Source of the DNA: Alphaproteobacteria bacterium
GTDB lineage: Bacteria; Pseudomonadota; Alphaproteobacteria; Rs-D84
Direction of reading: 5' to 3'
DNA: 64,000 nucleotides
Assembly (NCBI GenBank): GCA_017534945.1
Contig: JAFXVB010000013.1
Coordinates: 10,640 to 74,639 of the forward strand
Below are positions 55,620 to 64,000 of this stretch, piece after piece. Position numbers and translations under genes: made by a program. Under the pieces are notes generated by a model. That model searched no databases. It saw nothing but the letters and a program-made list of their open reading frames with translations, and was not told where the DNA came from. How positions within the stretch are numbered: position 1 is the stretch's first letter; every line of letters begins with the position of its first letter.

Positions 55620-56672
55620 TTACCTTATTATATTGGTCAGCAACCCATCCAAAGTCATAACACCATTGTTTGTCGCAACCAAACGATTGTTTTTTATTAA
55701 AACCAAATCATTATGTGCATTTATAAAATCCATATCAATAATATTTTTTACATCTGTATCAAGATATACGCCGCGTGTCGTTCGCAATCCTGTAATGATG
55801 CGTTCTGTGGCACGTGTTAAATTTGAAATTTGTGAATATTTAATATCGCCACCATATTGTTCAAACCAAGAATCGTTCATAAAAACGCGTCCCGCCGCAC
55901 CGCGCCCTAAACCAATATACGCATCGCCGTCCCAAACATTTTGATTATGTTGACACACGTTTTCCGGGGCGGCGTAATTTGAAACTTCGTATCGTGGCAA
56001 CCAAAGTTTATCGGTGATTGCCAAATACATATCTGCCATTTCATTGTTTGTTGGCATTTGCAAATTCATACGACCAAACGGAGTGTTTTTTTCTATGGTC
56101 AATTCATATAACGATGCGTGTTTTAATCCAATTTGATTAATTTTATTACACAGCGCAATAATATTTTTTACATTGTGATTCGGTAATCCGTATATAAAAT
56201 CACAACTGACGCGAATGCCTGTTTTGTGTGCTTGTTCAATCAAAGAAAGTGCTGTTTTGGCATCATGTCGCCGCCCCAAAAATTTTAATTCATTATCATC
56301 AAAAGATTGAACGCCAATTGATAAACGATTTATGCCACATGAAATAAAATCATCTAACTTGTGTTTATCCAAAGTTCCCGGATTTGATTCCAATGTTATT
56401 TCTGTACATTTTGTCATGTCAAAATTTTTACGCAAATGATTCATGATTGTTTCAAATGTTCGTATTGGCATCAAACTTGGGGTTCCGCCACCAAAAAATA
56501 CAGTTGGAATTTTTATACATCCTAAATGTTGCGCCCAAAAATCAATTTCGGTACATATACCATTGGTATAACAATCCCAATCAGGGGCAATTGCACTTGA
56601 AAAAAAAGCGCAATAATTGCATTTTGAAATACAAAAAGGAACATGTATATAAATATTGTGTTGTGTGTTCAT
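55620..56672 (-). CDS. hemW: radical SAM heme chaperone HemW (HemN-like, oxygen-independent coproporphyrinogen oxidase family)
   Basis: YIHVPFCISKCNYCAF (CxxxCxxC) and GGGTPS. I use the ATG at 56672 rather than the hydrophobic extension from 56732. Confidence 0.88.
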   Translation of the reverse strand: MNTQHNIYIHVPFCISKCNYCAFFSSAIAPDWDCYTNGICTEIDFWAQHLGCIKIPTVFFGGGTPSLMPIRTFETIMNHLRKNFDMTKCTEITLESNPGTLDKHKLDDFISCGINRLSIGVQSFDDNELKFLGRRHDAKTALSLIEQAHKTGIRVSCDFIYGLPNHNVKNIIALCNKINQIGLKHASLYELTIEKNTPFGRMNLQMPTNNEMADMYLAITDKLWLPRYEVSNYAAPENVCQHNQNVWDGDAYIGLGRGAAGRVFMNDSWFEQYGGDIKYSQISNLTRATERIITGLRTTRGVYLDTDVKNIIDMDFINAHNDLVLIKNNRLVATNNGVMTLDGLLTNIIR

Positions 56673-56764
56673 AATGAACGATACTAAAACATAAAATAAA
56701 AAAATCCAGTAAATCATTTTTTTTAGTTGCATTAAATATCAAAATTGTTTCATAATGTTATCAA

Positions 56765-58237
56765 ATGAGGAAGGATATAATCACGATTTTATTAGGAATC
56801 TGCACGTTTCCTGCGTTAGCAAGTAACGAAGGGGTGCCGTCGTATTATCAAAATAATAATGCGATGACGATGAATCGTGCCGGATATGCTAATTATCAAG
56901 GTCGTGGATATACGAATTATGTCGGTTCGTCCAGTACTAAACAGGTTGTTGGTTCCAATACATACACATATAATGTTCCTGTGGCGCAATCTGGGTATGC
57001 CGGTATGATGACCGCAAACGGTATATCAAAGGCGGCAAGTGATGAAAATGGTTTTCATATATATGGTGGGATTGGTCGTCGTTTTGCAGACTTTCAATTT
57101 ACAACATCTGTGAATTCTATTTTGGAATGGGACGACATGATTTTTAACGAATTTACTGTTGGTGGTCGTTATAATTTTACATTACGCAACTTTGATTTGA
57201 TGGCCTTTGGTGAATATACATATGGCGATATGGCATCCGGCGGATTGTCCATGGATTATGATTTGTTGCCGTATGATATGTCTGTTCCAGAGGAAGGGAT
57301 ATTTACGATATCTATGGGTGAACAAAGTGGCGATACCAATCGTTTCAAGGTTGGTATTGGCGCACGCAATATTTGGGATATTGGTGGATGGAAATTGACG
57401 CCGATAATTGGTTATGAAATATTTAAGCATAATTTGCAAATGGCAAATCATTATTATCCTAACCAAGGGGTGTATATCCCATTGATGACCGCGGATGGCG
57501 AATATGTATTTGGTGACCCAGATGACCCAGAACAGGATTTATACTATGCAATTCCACCAGAAGAGGCATCTGCATACACCGATACATTGTACCAGGTTTG
57601 TGTATCGCCTGAACAAATCAATGTCGCGAATATTGGTGCAAATGGAACATTGTCAATTTTGCCATATTCATATAACCCCAGTAATCCTTATGCACCATGG
57701 GGTGTGGCACCCGATGAATGTGTTGTAATTGGTGGTGATGGACCGATATTGGTTGCTGGGACAACGCATAAATATGACACGACATGGTCTGGATTTTACA
57801 TTGGTTTGGAAATTGAAAAGCAGATGACATTGACCGATAAATTGCGTTTTTATGGTCAAATCAGTATGCCAAAATATTCATCCGAAGGTACATGGCCGAA
57901 TCGCACAGATTGGCAACAAAACCCCAGTTTTTTGGACGAAGGTGATAATGGTGCGTTGGCGTATTCTTTGGAAATGGAATACATATTTACATTGTCTAAT
58001 CGTTTACAATTATCTTTAAAAGCGGATACAAATTATTTTCATGTTGATGCGATTGGTGGAAAAATTTATTGGGCCGAATACACAGAATATATGGCTGTGC
58101 CAAGAAACGACGGTACAACCGATTATGACATAATTGCCACAAAACACCCGGCATATACATCGGATGAACCAGAAGCTTTGAAAGAGGCAACATGGCAATC
58201 ATTTGGTTTGCGTTTGGGACTTAAATATTCGTTTTAA
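56765..58237 (+). CDS. outer-membrane beta-barrel protein, family unknown (490 aa)
   Basis: Signal peptide (FPALA-SNEGVPSYY), alternating beta-strand pattern, and a C-terminal LRLGLKYSF with terminal Phe. Confidence 0.6.
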   Translation: MRKDIITILLGICTFPALASNEGVPSYYQNNNAMTMNRAGYANYQGRGYTNYVGSSSTKQVVGSNTYTYNVPVAQSGYAGMMTANGISKAASDENGFHIYGGIGRRFADFQFTTSVNSILEWDDMIFNEFTVGGRYNFTLRNFDLMAFGEYTYGDMASGGLSMDYDLLPYDMSVPEEGIFTISMGEQSGDTNRFKVGIGARNIWDIGGWKLTPIIGYEIFKHNLQMANHYYPNQGVYIPLMTADGEYVFGDPDDPEQDLYYAIPPEEASAYTDTLYQVCVSPEQINVANIGANGTLSILPYSYNPSNPYAPWGVAPDECVVIGGDGPILVAGTTHKYDTTWSGFYIGLEIEKQMTLTDKLRFYGQISMPKYSSEGTWPNRTDWQQNPSFLDEGDNGALAYSLEMEYIFTLSNRLQLSLKADTNYFHVDAIGGKIYWAEYTEYMAVPRNDGTTDYDIIATKHPAYTSDEPEALKEATWQSFGLRLGLKYSF

Positions 58238-58259
58238 TTAAAATACATGGGATTATGAA

Positions 58260-59294
58260 ATGAAGAGATTCAGCGTGTTTTTTTATGGCGCGATTGCATG
58301 TATTATGTCGTGTGCGGCATATGCAGAACGGGGTGATTTTGATTTTGAACGTTGGAACGATTTGCAATTGTCTGTGCGTACGGCGGCGACCAACGACAAC
58401 ATATCAACTGCAACAATTGATGCAACATTAAAGGGTCCTGTTTTTATTCCAAAAATTGTATATAATGATAAAAACCAGGCGGAATTCAAAATGACTTTGG
58501 ATGATTATTTGGCCCGTACGGTAAGTACCGAACGTGTACGTAATGGTCGCAATATGTCAAAAAAATATCCAACATTATTGGGCAAAACTTACAATAAATA
58601 CGGTGTGCCACGAAATGTAATGTTGGCATTTTGGGGTATGGAATCGAATTATGGCGCGGTTAAAAAAGCATACAGATTAAAAGACGCTTTTTTTACATTG
58701 ATGTATGATGGTCGTCGTGAATCATTTTTTACAAAACAATTATTGTCATTGATGAAAACTGCCGATGAAAACAAACTGGATATAAATAATATTTATGGCA
58801 GTTGGGCCGGCGCCATGGGGCATTTCCAATTTATTCCAACAACATTGGCGCAATATGGTGCCGATGGTAATGGTGACGGAAAAATTGATATCATAAATAA
58901 TGTCAGTGATGCAATGTTCAGTGCTGGAAATTATCTAAATAAATTAGGCTGGAATCCAAACGAACAAATTGCATACAAAGTGTTAATACCAAATGACTTT
59001 GATGCCGGACTTATTGGTGGTGATAAAAAATACAATGTATCCAAATGGTCGCAAATGGGTGTATTAAATATTGATGGAACATCGCTAAATTTACCGGATT
59101 ATGTTGTTGGATTGGTTGCGGATACTAATGATAAAACTGCGCTAAATTTGGTGCCGTCGCCGGATAATGACATTGGTTCGCAATCGATGCGTGTTGCATA
59201 TTTAACATACCCAAATTTTTATCGTATAAAGCGTTGGAACAATTCAAATTGGTATGCGATTGCAATACACGAGTTGTCTGAAAAATTAAAATAA
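58260..59294 (+). CDS. lytic murein transglycosylase (MltB/SLT_2-like)
   Basis: Signal peptide, FWGMESNYG catalytic-Glu motif and GAMGHFQFIPTT. Confidence 0.85.
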   Translation: MKRFSVFFYGAIACIMSCAAYAERGDFDFERWNDLQLSVRTAATNDNISTATIDATLKGPVFIPKIVYNDKNQAEFKMTLDDYLARTVSTERVRNGRNMSKKYPTLLGKTYNKYGVPRNVMLAFWGMESNYGAVKKAYRLKDAFFTLMYDGRRESFFTKQLLSLMKTADENKLDINNIYGSWAGAMGHFQFIPTTLAQYGADGNGDGKIDIINNVSDAMFSAGNYLNKLGWNPNEQIAYKVLIPNDFDAGLIGGDKKYNVSKWSQMGVLNIDGTSLNLPDYVVGLVADTNDKTALNLVPSPDNDIGSQSMRVAYLTYPNFYRIKRWNNSNWYAIAIHELSEKLK

Positions 59295-59360
59295 AACTGT
59301 TGATATGGGGCTTTTTCTTTGCTACCCTTTTATGTATCGTTATAAAAGGATAAAAAAGAA

Positions 59361-60335
59361 ATGGCTATAAAAGTTCGTGATTTCGAAGTTCGTTTAACCA
59401 GAACCAAAGATGAACGCCGCCAGGTGCGTCAATTGCGTTATACCGTTTTCGTAGAGGAAGAGGGTGCGTCCGCCACCGAAGAACAAAAACAACTGCGCGA
59501 AGAATATGATTCTTATGATCGTTTTGCAGACTATTTGGCTGTATTCCACGAAGGCAGGGTTGTTGGAACATATCGTATCATCAATCGTGATGCCGCGGAT
59601 AAAATGGGCGGATTTTATACAGAAAGCGAATTTAATATTTCAAAAATCAAAAATTCTGGTGCAAATATTGCGGAAATGTCGCGTGCATGTGTGGCACCGG
59701 AATATCGCGAAAATGCTTTGGTTATGCGATTGTTGTGGGTTGGATTGGGTGAATACATTGTGCGTAATAAAATCGGCATAGTGTTTGGTGTTGCATCATG
59801 GCCTGGCACAAATCCGGCTATGTCGGCCCAGGCGATTTCTTACCTGTATTACAATCATTTGTCGCCACTGCGTTTGCGTGCGACTGTGGATCCAACGAAA
59901 TTGGTTGACGGTGTAAATCCAAAATTGACGCGTATGAATATCTTGCCCCAGGTTTTTGTTGACCCGGCAGAGGCCAAACGTCAAATGACCCCATTGGTAA
60001 AGGGATATTTGCGTATCAATGCGACATTTGGACGTGGTGTATTTATTGATAAACCATTTAATTCATACGATGTATTTGTAATGTTGCAAACAAAAAATAT
60101 GGATTCTGTTTACAGAAAACGTTTCTTTGGCACAGATGAAAGTTTCGAAGGTGAAGATTTCGAATTGCCGACTGGATTTATGCAAACATTGGGCAAAATC
60201 ATAACATCACCGGCCAAGGGCGCAATGCGCGTTGTGCGTTCTGTGTTTTCGTTCTTGTTGCGTGAAGATGCGGCGGATGCCGAATTTATCCAAGATACAG
60301 AAAGAACCGAAGACGAAGACAAAGGGGACGAATAA
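59361..60335 (+). CDS. olsB: GNAT-type N-acyltransferase, ornithine-lipid synthase OlsB-like
   Basis: VRLTRTKDERRQVRQLRYTVFVEEEGA..., YDRFADYL and EMSRACV resemble OlsB/hemolysin-like acyltransferases. An acyltransferase gene follows immediately. It has an acidic C-terminal tail. Confidence 0.7.
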   Translation: MAIKVRDFEVRLTRTKDERRQVRQLRYTVFVEEEGASATEEQKQLREEYDSYDRFADYLAVFHEGRVVGTYRIINRDAADKMGGFYTESEFNISKIKNSGANIAEMSRACVAPEYRENALVMRLLWVGLGEYIVRNKIGIVFGVASWPGTNPAMSAQAISYLYYNHLSPLRLRATVDPTKLVDGVNPKLTRMNILPQVFVDPAEAKRQMTPLVKGYLRINATFGRGVFIDKPFNSYDVFVMLQTKNMDSVYRKRFFGTDESFEGEDFELPTGFMQTLGKIITSPAKGAMRVVRSVFSFLLREDAADAEFIQDTERTEDEDKGDE

Positions 60336-61177
60336 TGAAGGTTATGACGGATAAGTGCAAAACAAATATATTCGAAGATGCGATTGCATTATTGCGTGCG
60401 GTACTTTTTGTTATAATTGTATTATTGCATGTGCCGGTTTTGGTGCTTATACCAATTGGTCGTTTTTCTGTAAAATATATGCGTTTCTTTATGTGGACAA
60501 TCGGCAAAGCGGCCGGTGTTCGTGTTCGTACACATGGTAATCTATCAAAACAAAGACCTTTGCTGTGTGTTGCAAATCATATATCTGTATTTGAATTTTT
60601 TTCTGTTCCAATTGGATATGGTTGTTCTTTTGTTGGGAAAATAGATATCGCGTCTTATCCTTTGGTTGGGTGGATTGCGAAAAAATTCGGTGTTGTGTTT
60701 GTTGATCGTCGTCCGTCCCACGCGATGGAGGCTTTGGCGGCTGTATCAAAACAAATGCATACTGCAACATATCCGGTTGTATTATTTCCAGAGGGTACAA
60801 CAACAAATGGCGCGTATGTCAAAGAATTTAAATCTTCGCTTTTTAATATCGCCGAAGAGATAAAAGATTTGACAATCCAGCCCCTTGTTATAACATATAA
60901 AACCCGTCGTGGTAAATGTGTCAATGACCAAGTTTTGGCAAATGACTATGCTTATTTCGACAACGCCAAACAAGATGCCGGCCCAAAATGTGAAGTCGAA
61001 CGCAGTGCATTTGGTCAAATATTTCATGTTGCGCGCCTGGGCGGAATAACGGTTGATATAACGGCATTGGAACCTGTTCCTTTGGCGGGTATGGATCGCA
61101 AAGAAATCGCAAAAACATTACACGAAATCGTATCAAACAAATATATGGAATTAAAAGATAAAGAGATAAAAAAATGA
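60335..61177 (+). CDS. olsA: lysophospholipid (PlsC-family) acyltransferase, OlsA-like
   Basis: NHISVFE (HX4D/E) and FPEGTTT motifs. 1-nt overlap with the olsB-like gene. Confidence 0.7.
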   Translation: MKVMTDKCKTNIFEDAIALLRAVLFVIIVLLHVPVLVLIPIGRFSVKYMRFFMWTIGKAAGVRVRTHGNLSKQRPLLCVANHISVFEFFSVPIGYGCSFVGKIDIASYPLVGWIAKKFGVVFVDRRPSHAMEALAAVSKQMHTATYPVVLFPEGTTTNGAYVKEFKSSLFNIAEEIKDLTIQPLVITYKTRRGKCVNDQVLANDYAYFDNAKQDAGPKCEVERSAFGQIFHVARLGGITVDITALEPVPLAGMDRKEIAKTLHEIVSNKYMELKDKEIKK

Positions 61178-62610
61178 AAACTGCAATAACACCAACACGT
61201 GCTGAAAATTTTAGTGAATGGTATCAAAATTTAATTGTTGCCGCAGATTTGGCTGAAAATTCGCCTGTGCGCGGTTGTATGACAATTAAACCTTATGGTT
61301 GGGCCATATGGGAATTGATGCGTGATGAAATGGATAAACGTATAAAGGCGGCGGGTGTTCAAAATGCAAACTTTCCATTGCTGATACCGATTGATTATTT
61401 TAATCGCGAAGCGGAACATGTCGCCGGATTCGCCAAAGAATGTGCGGTTGTGACGCACCATCGTTTGAAAATGATTGATGGCACATTACAGCCAGACCCA
61501 GACGCAAAATTGACCGATGCATATATTATTCGTCCAACTTCGGAAACTATTATTGGTGAATCTATGTCGCGTTGGGTGCAATCTTGGCGTGATTTACCAT
61601 TAAAATTGAATCAGTGGGTAAACGTTATGCGCTGGGAAATGCGGCCGCGCATGTTTTTGCGTACTTCAGAGTTTAATTGGCAAGAAGGTCATAATGTTTT
61701 TGCCACACACGAAGAGGCAAATGCAGACGCGCGCAAAATGCATGCGATGTATGCAGAATATATGAAAAATGTTTTGGCGGCACCTGTTATTGCGGGTGAA
61801 AAAACACCCGAAGAACGTTTTGCTGGGGCGGATCATACATATACTGTTGAACAAATTATGCAGGATGGTAAAGCGTTACAGGCGGGTACATCGCACGATT
61901 TGGGACAACATTTTGCAAAATCATTTGATATAAAATATTTGGGATGTGACGGAAAATTGCAATATGCATGGACTACCAGCTGGGGAACATCAACACGCAT
62001 GATGGGCGGATTGTTTATGATTCATGCGGACGATGACGGATTGGTTTTACCACCGGTTGTCGCACCATACCAAATTGTAATTATTCCAATTGTTCGTGAA
62101 GAAAGCGCGGATTCATTAAATTCGTATGCTGAAAATTTAGGTGCAAAATTGCGCGAATTAAATTTGCGTGTTTTGGTTGATACAACCGACATGCGCGCAC
62201 CGGATAAAATGTGGAAATGGATTAAACGCGGTGTGCCGCTTCGTGTGGAAATCGGCGCACGTGAAATGGAAAATAATACCGTCACAATCACTCGTCGTGA
62301 TATTGGTAAAGAATCAAAACAAACAATAACAACCGACGAATTGATTGCAAACGCGGCGGACATCATGAAAACGATTCAGGTTGAAATGTATGAACGCGCA
62401 TTAAAACACCGGAATTCACAAATTCACGATGTTGCAACACTTGCTGATTTGGAAAAAGAATTGGCTAAGGGTACAACCGGATTTTTCCGTATTAAATACG
62501 ATTTAACAAAAAATGCAGAATTTGAAGGATTGATTGAAAAATATAAAATATCGCGTCGTTGTTTGGATAATGATGACCCAAGTTTTGTATATGTCGCAAA
62601 ATCGTATTAA
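61174..62610 (+). CDS. proS: proline--tRNA ligase (archaeal/eukaryote-like type without editing insertion)
   Basis: N-terminal PTRAENFSEWYQNLIVAADLAENSPVRGCMTIKPYG is typical of this ProRS type. Class II motifs and a C-terminal domain are present. Confidence 0.9.
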   Translation: MKTAITPTRAENFSEWYQNLIVAADLAENSPVRGCMTIKPYGWAIWELMRDEMDKRIKAAGVQNANFPLLIPIDYFNREAEHVAGFAKECAVVTHHRLKMIDGTLQPDPDAKLTDAYIIRPTSETIIGESMSRWVQSWRDLPLKLNQWVNVMRWEMRPRMFLRTSEFNWQEGHNVFATHEEANADARKMHAMYAEYMKNVLAAPVIAGEKTPEERFAGADHTYTVEQIMQDGKALQAGTSHDLGQHFAKSFDIKYLGCDGKLQYAWTTSWGTSTRMMGGLFMIHADDDGLVLPPVVAPYQIVIIPIVREESADSLNSYAENLGAKLRELNLRVLVDTTDMRAPDKMWKWIKRGVPLRVEIGAREMENNTVTITRRDIGKESKQTITTDELIANAADIMKTIQVEMYERALKHRNSQIHDVATLADLEKELAKGTTGFFRIKYDLTKNAEFEGLIEKYKISRRCLDNDDPSFVYVAKSY

Positions 62611-62701
62611 GAAACCACAAGGGGATTTTTCCCCTGTTTTTTTATTAAAACAATCGCACTGAAATATGGTATAATAAATATCAAGCAAGAGGGAGTTTTA
62701 T

Positions 62702-63625
62702 ATGAAAGTCGCAATTATTGGTGTGGGTTCTGTGGGTGCGGCGGTTGCAACCGCAATTAAAAATACAGGACTTGTTCATGAAATGGTTTTGTTTGACCGC
62801 GACGGGGTGCGCGCACGTGCAGCGGCGGCTGATTTGGGACATGCGGCTGCGTTTTCTTTTGATGTTAAAATAACAGCGGCAAATTCATATCGTGAAATTC
62901 GTGGCGCTGAAATAGTTGTGATTGCGGCGGGTGCAAATCAAAAACCGGGTCAAACACGTACAGATTTATTGGCGGCAAATGCAAATGTTATTCGTGATAT
63001 TATTCCGCGTGTTATGGCAAATGTTGATGCAAAAAAAGTTAAAATTATCGTTGTCACAAATCCATTGGATGTTATGGTTATGTTGGCACGCGATTTGTCT
63101 GGGTTGCCGGCGGGTCGTGTGATTGGAACGGGAACCATGTTGGATTCTGCACGCCTGCGGACAATTTTGGCGCGTCACTTAGATGTGTCGCCAATGTCGA
63201 TAAACGCGTATGTATTGGGTGAACATGGTGATTCATCGGTTGTGAATTGGGAATCTGCAACGGTTGGTGCAATTGCATTAAATGATTTTTGTCGTGCGAT
63301 GAAATTATCATTGCCACAAACAACACGCAAAACCATTGAACATCGCGTTCACAATGCTGCATACGAAATTATACAGGGTCGTGGTGCAACATGGGATGGA
63401 ATTGCGGCGGCGGTAAATGATTTAATGCGTTGCATAATAAATGATGAAAAAAGAATTTTAACTGTGTCATCGTGTTCATCGAAAAAGAACCTGGCTATGT
63501 CTTTGCCAACAATTGTTGGTGGCGATGGTGTAATAAAAGTTTTAATGCCAAAATTATCGGCGGACGAATCTGGGGCATTACGCCAAAGTGGTCGCACGAT
63601 TTTCAGGAATTATAAAAATATTTAA
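62702..63625 (+). CDS. ldh: L-lactate dehydrogenase
   Basis: IIGVGSVG Rossmann fold and GEHGDS. Gln in GANQKPGQTR is the LDH-type specificity residue, where MDH has Arg. Confidence 0.85.
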   Translation: MKVAIIGVGSVGAAVATAIKNTGLVHEMVLFDRDGVRARAAAADLGHAAAFSFDVKITAANSYREIRGAEIVVIAAGANQKPGQTRTDLLAANANVIRDIIPRVMANVDAKKVKIIVVTNPLDVMVMLARDLSGLPAGRVIGTGTMLDSARLRTILARHLDVSPMSINAYVLGEHGDSSVVNWESATVGAIALNDFCRAMKLSLPQTTRKTIEHRVHNAAYEIIQGRGATWDGIAAAVNDLMRCIINDEKRILTVSSCSSKKNLAMSLPTIVGGDGVIKVLMPKLSADESGALRQSGRTIFRNYKNI

Positions 63626-63695
63626 TGGATTTTAATCGTATTTATCTGTCGTATTTTTGTGTTTATAGTGTGTCATAAATACAAAGGAATTTATC

Positions 63696-64000
63696 ATGGC
63701 ACAAAACGATAGCATAGAATACGAACTTTTACCCGATGGATGTGGTTTTTGTGCAAAATTGGCCGGGCAAAACATTGGCGAAATCACATTTGTAAAAATC
63801 GGCATAGATAAATTGATGATTGACCATACTTTCATAGAAGAAAATTATCAAAAATTACCGATTGTATTTAACTTGGTCGCACGCGTTGTTGATTTGGCGC
63901 GTCGCCAACACAGAAAAATTTTAACGATATGCCCATCGGCAATGGATGTTTTTACTGGGCACCCAGAATTTGATGATGTTCGTTTAATAAATTCACGATA
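63696..64000 (+). CDS. small GNAT-like (YjdJ-type) N-acetyltransferase, 5' part (runs off right edge)
   Basis: My translation is MAQNDSIEYELLPDGCGFCAKLAGQNIGEITFVKIGIDKLMIDHTFIEENYQ...KILTICPSAMDVF. The pattern resembles the short GNAT-like family. It is not in the ORF track because there is no stop in the window. Confidence 0.45.
   Translation, partial: MAQNDSIEYELLPDGCGFCAKLAGQNIGEITFVKIGIDKLMIDHTFIEENYQKLPIVFNLVARVVDLARRQHRKILTICPSAMDVFTGHPEFDDVRLINSR

Noticed and set aside
1-64000. Mobile elements, prophage, CRISPR, rRNA
   Set aside because: I recognised no transposase, integrase, phage structural gene, repeat-spacer array or rRNA-like sequence while reading the translations and the sequence.

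Overview
64-kb chromosomal window from an AT-rich alphaproteobacterium. GapR/DUF2312, olsBA, rpoH and alpha-type SPOR C-termini support that placement. The amplified VirB6 genes and several short housekeeping proteins suggest an intracellular Rickettsiales/Holosporales-like lineage, but that is inference only. The conserved backbone is HAD hydrolase, rmuC, def-fmt, truA, comEC, RNHCP protein, gapR, pyk, a PBP5-type carboxypeptidase with SPOR domain, recR-rsmA, a CPA2 antiporter, lspA-yidC-lpxD, rpoH, yfgM-like/bamB-like, tRNA-Trp-secE-nusG-rplKAJL-rpoBC, rpmF-plsX, mraZ, tRNA-Arg(CCT), ihfA, M13 peptidase-hemW, a lytic transglycosylase, olsB-olsA-proS and ldh. The accessory and unusual content is: (1) a scattered type IV secretion system, with five tandem VirB6/TrbL-like paralogues at 1-6345 and a virB8-virB9-virB10 operon at 29973-34688. 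In that operon VirB9 carries a C-terminal SPOR-like domain, and VirB10 is 820 aa with an Ig-like insert, a PE/PEP repeat and a Cys-rich C-terminal extension. (2) Four tandem small Cys-rich ORFs between fmt and truA, three of them clear paralogues. (3) A very AT-rich 636-aa gene with nucleotidyltransferase-like and kinase-like parts next to lpxD. (4) A 749-aa secreted Thr/Arg-rich plus Cys-rich protein. (5) A dispersed intergenic (TTGNACT)n heptad element fused to variable hairpins, in four copies. (6) A 20-nt duplication of the tRNA-Arg 3' end. (7) An attenuator-like set of competing stems upstream of an XRE-family gene. I saw no rRNA, CRISPR array, transposase, integrase or prophage genes. 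All calls come from reading the translations and sequence by eye. No database search was run.
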